From assembly GCA_045599445.1 (NCBI GenBank), contig JAZRWB010000075.1, forward strand, positions 4,697-68,696: a DNA stretch of 64,000 nt, given 5' to 3'. This DNA is from Kiritimatiellia bacterium (GTDB lineage Bacteria > Verrucomicrobiota > Kiritimatiellia > RFP12 > UBA1067). The first letter of the stretch is position 1; each line of letters starts with the position of its first letter. A program made the position numbers and the translations under genes. Shown here in pieces: positions 20,028 to 29,770 of this stretch. The notes below the pieces were generated by a model that was given only the letters and a program-made list of their open reading frames with translations, was not told where the DNA came from and searched no databases.

Positions 20028-21041
20028 ATGCCGGAATACCCGATTGGCAGAATCGTATTCGGAAGCGGCGCGTCGATTGACGCGGCGTATTCCGCTTTTC
20101 GCGATCAGCCGATCGACGAGACGCGACTTGCCGAGGGCGAGGCGTTTCCCGCGCGTCGGCGGACGATTGCGAGCGAGGCGCCGATTGCGGGCATCGGAAC
20201 TTTTTGCGGTCGCGCCAAGCAGACGTTGACCTTCGCGCCGAGCGAAAAGCCGGGTTGGTGGATTCGGCGCATGGACCAGCCCGAGCAGCTCGACACCGCA
20301 GTCGATATTTCGAATCTCTGGACGAGCGCGCAAAATCTCGTTTTGCGGAGCGGCTCGCCCCACAATTACCTCAGAATGGTGGAGCACATCATCGCGCTCA
20401 AGTGCGGGCTCGGAGTGGACGACGTTCTTTTGAAGGTCAACAGCGGCGATCCGCCGCTTTTCGACCAGTCGTCGCTGCCGCTCGTGAAGGCGATGGAACA
20501 CGCGAAGATCGTCGAACGCGAGGCGGACGCCGCTTACGTTACGGTCAAGGAGCCGGTGGCGTTCGGCGGCGGAAGGGGAGATTTCCTCTTGTTCCTGCCG
20601 GCGGAGAAGGGCGAACGCAAGCTGCGCATCGACTGCGCGATTTCGTGGAATACGATAATCGGCGACGAGCGGATTCTCTTCGACGTCACGCCCGAGACCT
20701 TCCGCTACGCCTCGCTCGCGCGCACCAACGCGACGCGCAAGCAGTACGTCCTCGCGAAGACGGTCGGCAAGCTCTTCGCCTCGACTCGCAACTGGGGCTA
20801 CAACGAGCGGAACATCCTCATCCACGGCAAGCGGAGATTCTACACCAAGCCGCGTTTTCCGGTTCAGGGGAAGTTTCTGGAACCGGTGTGGCATCGCGCG
20901 ACGCTCGACCTCATGGCGGCGATAGCGCTTGTCGGAAACCGCCGTTTTTGCGGCACGGTTGTTTCGTATCGCGCGGGTCACACGCTCGACTGCAACGCGA
21001 TTCGCGCGCTGGTGCGCAACGATTTGCTGGTCGGCGCGTGA
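20028..21041 (+). CDS. LpxC-family deacetylase (divergent UDP-3-O-acyl-GlcNAc deacetylase homologue)
   Basis: Aligns by eye to E. coli LpxC blocks: 'RMVEHIIALKCGLGVDDVLLKVNSGDPPLFDQSS' (cf. TVEHL.AALAGLGIDN...EIPIMDGS), 'SLARTNA' (cf. SRARTFG), 'WHRATLDLMAAIAL' (cf. RHKMLDAIGDL) and 'SYRAGHTLD' (cf. AYKSGHALN). Zn/catalytic E-H, H..D and H are all present. The start is in the 3' part of track ORF 19545..21041. Confidence 0.6.
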   Translation: MPEYPIGRIVFGSGASIDAAYSAFRDQPIDETRLAEGEAFPARRRTIASEAPIAGIGTFCGRAKQTLTFAPSEKPGWWIRRMDQPEQLDTAVDISNLWTSAQNLVLRSGSPHNYLRMVEHIIALKCGLGVDDVLLKVNSGDPPLFDQSSLPLVKAMEHAKIVEREADAAYVTVKEPVAFGGGRGDFLLFLPAEKGERKLRIDCAISWNTIIGDERILFDVTPETFRYASLARTNATRKQYVLAKTVGKLFASTRNWGYNERNILIHGKRRFYTKPRFPVQGKFLEPVWHRATLDLMAAIALVGNRRFCGTVVSYRAGHTLDCNAIRALVRNDLLVGA

Positions 21042-21062
21042 GTTCACAAGCCGGAGAATTTT

Positions 21063-21071
21063 TGATATAAT
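21063..21071 (+). promoter_or_regulatory. Extended -10 promoter element TGaTATAAT (efp-metG operon)
   Basis: Lies in the 70-bp intergenic gap, 40 nt upstream of ATG 21112. Confidence 0.5.
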
Positions 21072-21111
21072 CGACACAAATCAATCAAAGCAGAAAGAAA
21101 GCGAGCACACA

Positions 21112-21687
21112 ATGGGCGAAGTAATCGGCGCGGGCGAACTCCACAAGGGCGTGAAACTCCTGATCGACGGAGAGCCGTGGGAAATCACGGAATTCGACTT
21201 TTCGAAGCCCGGCAAGGGACAGGCGATTTACAACTGCAAGCTCCGCAACATGATGACCGGCGGCGGCATGTCGAAGAGCTATCGCTCGGGCGACAAGTTC
21301 GAGAAGCCGGAGCTGTTGCAGATGAGCGTGACCTATTCCTACGACGACGGTCAGGCGTTCGTCTTCACCGACGAGAATTTCGAGGAAATCCGCGTTTCCT
21401 ACGACGTCATGGGCGACAAGAAGTACTTCCTTATGGACGAGATGGAAGTCAAGGCGCTCTTCTTCAACGACAAGGTGATTGGCGTCGATCTGCCGCAGCT
21501 CGTCGAGCGTAAGGTCACCAAGGTCGAGCCCGGCGTCAAGGGCAATACCGCTTCGGGCAAGGTCACGAAGCCGGCGACGGTCGAGGGCGGTTACACGCTC
21601 GCGGTGCCGCTCTTCATCAACGAGGGCGACGTCATCCGCATCAACACCGAGACCGGCGAGTACAACGACCGCACCTCTACCAAGTAG
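21112..21687 (+). CDS. efp: Elongation factor P
   Basis: 'LLIDGEPWEI.EFDFSKPGKGQAIY.CKLRN..TG', 'V.VKGNTASGKVTKPATVEGG..L.VPLFINEGD.I.I.T.TGEY..R'. ATG 21112 lies downstream of a TGaTATAAT promoter. Confidence 0.93.
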   Translation: MGEVIGAGELHKGVKLLIDGEPWEITEFDFSKPGKGQAIYNCKLRNMMTGGGMSKSYRSGDKFEKPELLQMSVTYSYDDGQAFVFTDENFEEIRVSYDVMGDKKYFLMDEMEVKALFFNDKVIGVDLPQLVERKVTKVEPGVKGNTASGKVTKPATVEGGYTLAVPLFINEGDVIRINTETGEYNDRTSTK

Positions 21688-21694
21688 GAGGGTC

Positions 21695-23740
21695 ATGGGC
21701 GACAAACGGAAAATCGTGGTTACGAGCGCTCTGCCGTACGCCAACGGGGACATTCACCTCGGGCATTTGGTGGAGTACGTCCAGACAGATTTTTGGGTGC
21801 GCTTCCAGAAGTTGCGCGGTAACGATTGCCTTTACATCTGCGCCGACGACACCCACGGTACGCCGATTATGATTCGCGCCCGCAAGGAGGGAATCACGCC
21901 CGAGGCGCTGATCGAGCGTTCGCACGCGCTGCACCTCAAGGACTTCACCGATTTCCAGATTGCCTTCGACAACTACTACACCACGAACTCGCCCGAAAAC
22001 CGTCGGCTTTCGGAGCGCATCTACTCCGAGGCGGAGAAAAAGGGCTACATTACGACGCGGACGACGCCCCAGCTTTATTGCGAGAAGTGCCGGATGTTCC
22101 TGCCCGACCGCTTCGTAAAGGGCGTTTGTCCGAAGTGCGGCGCGGAGGGGCAGTACGGCGACAGCTGCGACAAGTGCGGTGCGACCTACGGCGCGGAGGA
22201 ACTGGGCAGTCCCAAGTGCACGACTTGCGGCGGAACGCCGGTCGTGAAGGATTCCGAACACCTATATTTCGAGCTCGAGCCCCAGCACGACTACCTCGAA
22301 AAGTGGATTCCCGCGCACACGACGAGCGACGTTTCCAACAAGCTGCTCGAATGGTTCAAGGAGCCGCTTCGGGGTTGGTGCATTTCGCGCGACGCGCCGT
22401 ATTTCGGATTCGAGATTCCCGGCCACAAGGACAAGTTCTTCTATGTCTGGGTGGACGCGCCGATCGGTTACATCGCATCGTTGGAGAACTGGTGCGCCAA
22501 AAACGGCAAGGGCGACCTCTGGAACGACGAATCGGTCGAGCTTTACCACTTCATCGGCAAGGACATCATTCGCTTTCACTGCCTCTTCTGGCCGGGGATG
22601 CTTCACGCCGCGGGCTTCAAGGGCCCGAGCAAGGTCTTCGTGCACGGCTTTCTTACGGTCAACGGCGAGAAGATGTCGAAGTCCAAGGGGACGTTCGTCA
22701 ACGCCCGCACCTATTTGGATCATCTGCCGCCGGAGGCGCTTCGGTACTACTACGCCGCCAAACTCGGCGGCACGACCGACGATATGGATCTTAACCTCGT
22801 TGACTTCGTCCAACGGGTCAATTCCGATCTTGTCGGCAAGATCACCAACATCGCCTCGCGTGGCGCTCAGATGCTCGAGAAGAAGCTGGACGGCAAGCTC
22901 GGCGCGCTCGACGCGGAGGGCGCGGAGTTGGTGGAGAAGTGTCGGGCGGCGGGCGAGACGATCGCGAAGTTCTACGAGGATCGGCGCTTCAACCAGGTGG
23001 TCGTCGAGATTTGCAAACTCGCCGATTTGGCGAACGAGTATTTCGACCGTCGCGAGCCGTGGAAGACGGTGAAGAGCGACGCCGAGACGACTCGTACCAC
23101 GCTTACCGCCGCTTTGAACGCCTTCCGCGTAATTGCCATTTATCTGAAACCGATTCTGCCCGCCTACGCCGACAAGGCGATGCGGCTTTTCGGCGAAAGC
23201 GATTGGACGTGGGCGAGCGCGGGCGTTGCGCTCGAGAACCGCAAGCTCGGCGTCTACGAATATCTGGCCAATCGCATCGACGCGAAGCAAGTGGACGCGA
23301 TGATCGCCGCCGCCACGGTCAATCCCGGCGAGAGCGGCGAGGTGAGTCACGAAAGTCGCGCGTCGAAGAACAAGGACAAGCCGGTCGCGAAGGCGACGGC
23401 GCTTAAGCCGGAGATCGCCTTCGGGGATTTCGAAAAGCTCGATCTTCGGATCGGCGTCGTCGAGAGTTGCGAGATCGTGCCTAAAAGCTCGAAGCTTCTG
23501 AAGTTCACGCTGGACGCGGGATCGCTTGGCAAGCGCACGATTTTCTCGGGGATTCGTCAGGCCTATCCCGATCCGTCGGCGCTCGTCGGCAAAGAAGTCG
23601 TTTTCGTCGCCAATCTCGCTCCGCGCAAGATGTCGGTCGGGGTCTCCGAGGGGATGATTCTGTTCGCCGGCGATCCCGCGCTCGGCGGCGGAGCGCTCGC
23701 TCCGACCGCGGCGGCCGGAGCCGGCGCGACGGTAACCTGA
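21695..23740 (+). CDS. metG: Methionine--tRNA ligase (with C-terminal tRNA-binding domain)
   Basis: 'SALPYANGDIHLGHL' (HIGH), a Zn knuckle 'CPKCGAEGQYGDSCDKCG...CTTCG', 'KMSKSKG' (KMSKS), and a C-terminal Trbp111-like 'DLRIGVV..CE.VP.S.KLLKF.LD.G...RTIFSGI'. AGGAGG RBS upstream. Confidence 0.95.
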   Translation: MGDKRKIVVTSALPYANGDIHLGHLVEYVQTDFWVRFQKLRGNDCLYICADDTHGTPIMIRARKEGITPEALIERSHALHLKDFTDFQIAFDNYYTTNSPENRRLSERIYSEAEKKGYITTRTTPQLYCEKCRMFLPDRFVKGVCPKCGAEGQYGDSCDKCGATYGAEELGSPKCTTCGGTPVVKDSEHLYFELEPQHDYLEKWIPAHTTSDVSNKLLEWFKEPLRGWCISRDAPYFGFEIPGHKDKFFYVWVDAPIGYIASLENWCAKNGKGDLWNDESVELYHFIGKDIIRFHCLFWPGMLHAAGFKGPSKVFVHGFLTVNGEKMSKSKGTFVNARTYLDHLPPEALRYYYAAKLGGTTDDMDLNLVDFVQRVNSDLVGKITNIASRGAQMLEKKLDGKLGALDAEGAELVEKCRAAGETIAKFYEDRRFNQVVVEICKLADLANEYFDRREPWKTVKSDAETTRTTLTAALNAFRVIAIYLKPILPAYADKAMRLFGESDWTWASAGVALENRKLGVYEYLANRIDAKQVDAMIAAATVNPGESGEVSHESRASKNKDKPVAKATALKPEIAFGDFEKLDLRIGVVESCEIVPKSSKLLKFTLDAGSLGKRTIFSGIRQAYPDPSALVGKEVVFVANLAPRKMSVGVSEGMILFAGDPALGGGALAPTAAAGAGATVT

Positions 23741-24540
23741 TGGACTTTTTCGCGATAGCATCGCTTGCCTTGTGGGGACTCGCGTTCGCGGCTCTCGCCG
23801 GGTATTTCGCGAGCGTCGCCGGGGAAGTCACCTACGTCACGCTCGCCGACGGAAGACGTGCGGAGCGTTCGCTCCCCGTGATCGTCAAGGCGCTTTTGCC
23901 GCTCGCGCCGAATTTCTTTCCGCTGGTGCGTCGGCCGATTTTCCGCGGAACGGTCGAACGCGCCGAGTCGCTGCTCGTGCAGGGCGGCTTCGAGGGACTC
24001 GTTTCGGGCGAGGAATTCGTCGCGCTCAAACTGATGCTCCTTTGGGTGCTGCCGGACATTTGGCTTTATTCGGCGGTGAAGCGGCGCCATCTCGCGATTC
24101 AACGCGCTTTGCCGTTCGTGCTCGATTTGCTGACGCTCTCGGTCGAGGCGGGCATGGACTTCATCAACGCGCTTCAGCGCAACTGCAAATCGCGTCGGCT
24201 CGATCCGCTGAACGAGGAGCTTTTGCGGATGACGAAGGAGATTCAAGTCGGATCCTCGCGCAAGGAGGCGCTTAAGAATATGGCGGATCGGGTTCGCCAG
24301 GGCGACCTCAAATCGGTTGCCTTCGCGCTCATCCAGGCCGATGAACTGGGCGTTTCGATCGGCGCGATTTTGCGCATTCAGTCCGAGCAAATGCGTTCGC
24401 GGCGCTTCGACCGCGCCGAGAAGCTGGCGGCGGAGGCGCCGGTGAAGATGTTGGGGCCGTTGATGCTTTGCATCTTTCCGGCGGTTTTCATAATTTTGCT
24501 CGGGCCGGTATTGACGCAGGCGATGAAAGGAGTGTTCTAA
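23740..24540 (+). CDS. Type II secretion system F-domain protein (TadB/TadC-like, single domain)
   Basis: 'LPFVLDLLTLSVEAGMDFINAL', 'EALKNMADRV', 'ADELGVSIGAILRIQSEQMR..R...AEKLAAEAPVKML.PL..CIFP' matches the GspF/TadC family pattern. Its ATG shares 1 nt with the metG stop. Confidence 0.75.
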   Translation: MDFFAIASLALWGLAFAALAGYFASVAGEVTYVTLADGRRAERSLPVIVKALLPLAPNFFPLVRRPIFRGTVERAESLLVQGGFEGLVSGEEFVALKLMLLWVLPDIWLYSAVKRRHLAIQRALPFVLDLLTLSVEAGMDFINALQRNCKSRRLDPLNEELLRMTKEIQVGSSRKEALKNMADRVRQGDLKSVAFALIQADELGVSIGAILRIQSEQMRSRRFDRAEKLAAEAPVKMLGPLMLCIFPAVFIILLGPVLTQAMKGVF

Positions 24541-24541
24541 G

Positions 24542-25828
24542 ATGGGCGAACGGCTGGAGCTCCTGATTGTCGCCGGCGGACCGGTCGGTCGGCGTTTCGA
24601 AGTCGCCAAAGGCGGAATTCGCCTTGGGCGGTCTTCTTCCAACGACATCCACATTTCCGACGAGGAGCTTTCGCGCAACCACTGCCTTTTCGAGCCGGTC
24701 GACGAGCACGGAATCAGGGTAACCGATCTTGCGAGCGCGAACGGTACTTCGGTCAACGACGCCGACATCGGCGGCAAGCCGACGGATCTCAAGGCGGGCG
24801 ACGTAGTAAAGGCGGGCTCCGTGGAACTTAGGGTGGTGGAACCGGGATCGGACAAGGTCGATTTGGGCTTGGGCGCGAAGCGCGAGGAAGCGTCGGAGTC
24901 GGGCACGACGAAACGCCGTCGTTCGCCGTTCGCCAACGTGCTTTGGGCATTCGCCGTGCTGATTGTGGTTGCGGCGGTTTATCTCATCCTTTCTGCGCCG
25001 GTCAAGGTTTCCGAAAATCGCGCCTTGCCGCAACCCGTGTCTTCCGAGGTGAGGGAGATCGTCTACGAGCGGGTGCGCGCCGACGCGAACGGCATTTCGC
25101 GATACGCGCTTCAACTCGACGCGGACGGCGCGATGAAAGTTCGGGTCGACGAGGTGCCGGGCGAAAATCGCCACCACGCCGGCGGACGCGTTCTTTCCAA
25201 GGAGGCGCTCGGCAGACTCTTCGCCATCGTAGGGGAAAACCGCTTCCGCGATTTCGGACGCGACGACATCGGCTACGGAGAAAACCCGCAAGAGCTCAAA
25301 ACCCGTTCGCTCAAGGTCGTCTATTCCGATCGGGTACGCAAGTTCGCGGCGACCGACGAGAACGCGCCTAATGACTTCCGCGCGATTTGCGAGGAGCTGG
25401 AGACGTTTTCCAAGGACGAGTTCGGAATTTGGATGGTGGATTGTTCGCGCGAGGAACTGGAGCGGATGTTCGAGGAGGAACTCGCCAAGGGCGACGCGAA
25501 GTGGGAGGATCGTGACGTCAGTCACGGTAATCTCTACAACGCCATCGTCGCCTACCGCAACGCCGCCACCTACGCGGAGATGCTGCCGCGCGAAAACAAG
25601 GAACGCGCTCGCGCCCGGCTCGCGAAGGCGACGGCGAAACTCGACGAGGCCTACAATCGTCGACGGGTGGACGCGGATCTCGCGATCAACACCCGCAATT
25701 GGGAGAGGGCGCGAGAGGAGCTGAACGTTCTTTTGGAGATGATTCCCGACCGCGACGACGAGCGCCATCTGACGGCGTCGCGCAAGCTGATGGACGTCGA
25801 GAATCGACTGAAGAAGGGAGGGCGGTGA
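24542..25828 (+). CDS. FHA-domain membrane protein
   Basis: N-terminal FHA ('IRLGRSSSNDIHISDEELSRNHCLFEP....GIRVTDLASANGTSVN'), one TM ('VLWAFAVLIVVAAVYLILSA'), and a ~280-aa extracytoplasmic domain of unknown type. Confidence 0.8.
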   Translation: MGERLELLIVAGGPVGRRFEVAKGGIRLGRSSSNDIHISDEELSRNHCLFEPVDEHGIRVTDLASANGTSVNDADIGGKPTDLKAGDVVKAGSVELRVVEPGSDKVDLGLGAKREEASESGTTKRRRSPFANVLWAFAVLIVVAAVYLILSAPVKVSENRALPQPVSSEVREIVYERVRADANGISRYALQLDADGAMKVRVDEVPGENRHHAGGRVLSKEALGRLFAIVGENRFRDFGRDDIGYGENPQELKTRSLKVVYSDRVRKFAATDENAPNDFRAICEELETFSKDEFGIWMVDCSREELERMFEEELAKGDAKWEDRDVSHGNLYNAIVAYRNAATYAEMLPRENKERARARLAKATAKLDEAYNRRRVDADLAINTRNWERAREELNVLLEMIPDRDDERHLTASRKLMDVENRLKKGGR

Positions 25829-25829
25829 G

Positions 25830-27142
25830 ATGCGGCGGATTCTGCTTGCAATCGCGCTCGCGGCCGGCGCCGTTTTTGCGGACGAGGAACGGGTGCAGAC
25901 GCGCGTTCAGCTTACTAGCCAGCCCGTCGGCGCCTCGATTTGCGTGGACGGGGAAGTTCGCGGCGTAACTCCGAAGACGCTCTTCGATCTTTCCAAGGGA
26001 CGCCACCGCATCAAGTATTCGCTCGCCGGATACGTCGACGAGGACCGTTTCGTGAACGTGAACAACGAGTCGCTCGTCGAGGATCACGCCTGCCTCGCGG
26101 AAGAGAAGGGATTGCTCCTGCTCAAAACCGATCCCGAGGGTTGCAACATCTCCGTCGACGGCGTTTCGATCGGCGAAACGCCGATGCTGATTACCAGTCT
26201 TTCCGCCAAGGATCGCTATTCGGTGAAGCTCGCCAAAACCGGTTATCAGCCACTGGTCGTCGAGGTTCGGTTCGACGGGCGCAATCCGGTGGTGCGCGAG
26301 GAGAAGTTGATTCCTGATTCCGGCGCGATCGAGATCGTTTCCGAGCCGTCGGGCGCGAAGGTAATGGTGAACGGAATCGTGCGCGGCACGGCGCCGATCA
26401 AGGTAACCGGAATTCCGAAGGGTCGGGCGAAGGTGGAGTTGGCGCTGGACGGATTCAAGGGCGAAAGTCGCGAACTCGCAATCGCCGCCGGCGACGAACA
26501 GACGCTGGTAGTCGCCCTCAAGGCGCTGCCGGGAACGTTGCATCTGACGTCGGTTCCGTCGGGGGCGAGATTCTATCTCGGCGACGAGGCGCGGGGTACG
26601 GCTCCGCTTTCCATCGCTGGGCTCGAACCCGGCAGTTACGTCGTTCGTGCCGAGCTCGATGGATACGCGCCGCTTGTGAGAACGATCGAACTTGAAAACG
26701 GCGCGTCCGCGCGCGAGGAGTTCCGACTGGAGAACGTAATGGGGCGGCTGGAAGTTCGCACTTCGCCGTCGGAAGTCCAGCTGGTGATGGACGGCAAGGT
26801 CGTCGGCGTCACTAAGTCGAGCGATCCCGACGCCGAATTCAGCGACGTTTTCACAATCGAGAATTTGATGGAAGGCGAGCATTCGCTGGTGGCGCGCAAG
26901 GACGGCTACGCGGAGACGATTCGCCATCCCAAGATTCGTCAGGGCAAGACCTCCCAGCACAATCTGCGGCTGAAGCGGGTTTTCGTTCCGGATATCGAAA
27001 TCGTCACTTCGCGCGGCAACGTCTATCGGGGAATCATGAAGGGCACCACCGCCGAAACGCTGGAAGTGGAAATTTCCCTGGGAATCGTCCGCAGCTTTCC
27101 GCGCTCGGAGATTCGTGAAGTCAAGACGCTGACGAACGAAAA

Positions 27143-27146
<4 letters not shown>
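25830..27146 (+). CDS. PEGA-domain repeat protein, secreted
   Basis: Signal peptide MRRILLAIALAAGAVFA. About five repeats of the 'S.P.GA.V.V.G..RG.TP..I.GL..G.Y.V...L.GY' PEGA pattern. Confidence 0.8.
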
Positions 27147-27886
<740 letters not shown>

Positions 27887-27928
27887 TATTCACAGTATTT
27901 CGACACAATCAAACTAAGGAAACAAACA

Positions 27929-28621
27929 ATGGTATATTCGACTGAGGTACAGCACCAGTGCCCGCTCATGAAGGGGTGCAATCACGGTCCGGCCCCGATC
28001 CCCGAAGAGGGCAAGTGGGTTCAGGCTCGCGAAATCAAGGACATCTCCGGTTATACGCACGGCGTCGGCTGGTGCGCGCCGCAGCAGGGAGCGTGCAAGC
28101 TCTCGCTGAACGTCAAGAACGGCGTCATCGAAGAGGCGCTGGTCGAGACGATCGGCTGCTCGGGCATGACCCACTCGGCGGCGATGGCCTCGGAAATTCT
28201 CGTCGGCAAGACGCTTCTCGAGGCGCTCAACACCGACCTCGTGTGCGACGCGATCAACACGGCGATGCGCGAACTTTTCCTGCAGATCGTCTACGGCCGC
28301 ACTCAGAGCGCGTTTTCGGACGGCGGACTCGTCGTCGGAGCGGGGCTCGAGGATCTCGGCAAGGGTCTTCGCTCGATGGTCGGTACGATGTACGCGACCA
28401 AGGCGAAAGGTCCGCGCTACCTCGAAATGACCGAGGGCTACTGCACGCGCATGGCGCTCAACAAGCAGGGCGAGGTCATCGGCTACGAATTCGTTTCGCT
28501 CGGCAAGATGACCGATTTCATCAAGAAGGGGCTTTCCCCGAACGAGGCGTGGGAGAAGGCGAAGGGCCACTACGGCCAGTTCGAAGGCGCCGCCAAGTAC
28601 ATCGATCCTCGCAAGGAATAA
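27929..28621 (+). CDS. NifU/IscU-like Fe-S scaffold homologue (partner of GGGtGRT protein)
   Basis: Cys-rich N-terminus (CPLMKGC, GWCAPQQGAC) and 'ETIGCSGMTHSAAMASE', which resembles the IscU 'GCGSAIASS' block. I recall this gene type being paired with GGGtGRT genes. Confidence 0.55.
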   Translation: MVYSTEVQHQCPLMKGCNHGPAPIPEEGKWVQAREIKDISGYTHGVGWCAPQQGACKLSLNVKNGVIEEALVETIGCSGMTHSAAMASEILVGKTLLEALNTDLVCDAINTAMRELFLQIVYGRTQSAFSDGGLVVGAGLEDLGKGLRSMVGTMYATKAKGPRYLEMTEGYCTRMALNKQGEVIGYEFVSLGKMTDFIKKGLSPNEAWEKAKGHYGQFEGAAKYIDPRKE

Positions 28622-28638
28622 GGAAAGGAATTTAGGCA

Positions 28639-29673
28639 ATGGCTACGAAGAAAACCACCAAGAAGTCGGGCGAGAAGCTGTTCGAGGGTTTCGAGCGTCG
28701 CGAGGCGAAGATTCTCGCCGCGCTGAAGCCCTACGGCATCAAGTCGATCGAGGAATGCGCCGCGATCTGCAAGAAGGCGGGCATCGACCCCTACAAGATC
28801 GTCGAGGAAACCCAGCCGATTTGCTTCGAGAACGCGAAGTGGGCGTACACCGTCGGCGCGGCGATGGCGATTAAGAAGGGTTGCAAGAAGGCGAAGGACG
28901 CGGCGGCGGAAATCGGCGTCGGTCTCCAGGCGTTCTGCATTCCCGGCTCGGTCGCGGAGAATCGCCAGGTCGGCCGCGGTCACGGCAATCTCGGTGCGAT
29001 GCTGCTCGACGACGCGACCAAGTGCTTCGCGTTCCTCGCGGGTCACGAGTCGTTTGCGGCGGCGGAGGGCGCGATCAAGATCGCGCTCAACGCGAACAAG
29101 GTTCGCAAGACCAACCTCAAGGTCATCCTCAACGGTCTCGGCAAGGACGCGGCGTACATCATCAGCCGCATCAACGGCTTCACCTACGTGAAGACCTCGT
29201 TCGACAACAAGACCGAGAAGCTGAAAGTCGTCTCCCGCAAGGCGTTCTCCAAGGGCCCGCGCGCGGCGGTCGACTGCTACGGCGCGGACAACGTCCCCGA
29301 GGGCGTCGCGATTATGAAGTTCGAGAACGTCGGCGTTTCGATCACCGGCAACTCGACGAATCCCACGCGCTTCCAGCATCCGGTCGCCGGCACCTACAAG
29401 AAGTGGTGCTGGGAGAACGGACGCAAGTATTTCTCGGTCGCCTCGGGCGGCGGCACCGGCCGCACGCTCCATCCCGATAACATGGCCGCCGGTCCTTCGA
29501 GCTACGGCATGACCGACACCATGGGCCGGATGCATTCCGACGCGCAGTTCGCGGGGAGCTCCTCCGTGCCGGCGCACGTCGAGATGATGGGCCTCATCGG
29601 CATGGGCAACAACCCGATGGTCGGCGCCACGGTCGCCGTGGCGGTCGCGGTCGAGGAAAGCTTCAGGAAATAA
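28639..29673 (+). CDS. GGGtGRT family protein (function unknown)
   Basis: Contains the eponymous motif 'ASGGGTGRTLHPDNMAAGPSSYGMTD'. At 344 aa it is the typical family size. Confidence 0.8.
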   Translation: MATKKTTKKSGEKLFEGFERREAKILAALKPYGIKSIEECAAICKKAGIDPYKIVEETQPICFENAKWAYTVGAAMAIKKGCKKAKDAAAEIGVGLQAFCIPGSVAENRQVGRGHGNLGAMLLDDATKCFAFLAGHESFAAAEGAIKIALNANKVRKTNLKVILNGLGKDAAYIISRINGFTYVKTSFDNKTEKLKVVSRKAFSKGPRAAVDCYGADNVPEGVAIMKFENVGVSITGNSTNPTRFQHPVAGTYKKWCWENGRKYFSVASGGGTGRTLHPDNMAAGPSSYGMTDTMGRMHSDAQFAGSSSVPAHVEMMGLIGMGNNPMVGATVAVAVAVEESFRK

Positions 29674-29681
29674 GCTTAAAA

Positions 29682-29758
29682 GGACCCTTAGCTCAGTCGG
29701 TCAGAGCGGGAGACTCATAATCTCTTGGTCGTGGGTTCAAGTCCCGCAGGGTCCACCA
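29682..29758 (+). tRNA. tRNA with CAT anticodon (elongator tRNA-Met type; could be tRNA-Ile2 if lysidine-modified)
   Basis: Cloverleaf drawn by hand: acceptor GGACCCT/AGGGTCC, D stem GCTC/GAGC, anticodon arm GGAGA-CTCATAA-TCTCT, T arm GTGGG-TTCAAGT-CCCGC, discriminator A, encoded CCA. G1-C72 and the absence of a GGG/CCC anticodon stem argue against an initiator. Confidence 0.9.
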
Positions 29759-29770
29759 ACTTGAAAGGCG

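Noticed and set aside
22262-25768. Minus-strand ORFs 22262..23761, 23563..24936 and 24488..25768
   Set aside because: They are antisense to metG, the TadC-like gene and the FHA gene, overlap one another and have no recognisable domains.
29682-29758. tRNA(CAT) as the initiator tRNA-fMet
   Set aside because: Position 1-72 is a normal G-C pair, and the anticodon stem lacks the three consecutive G-C pairs characteristic of bacterial initiators.
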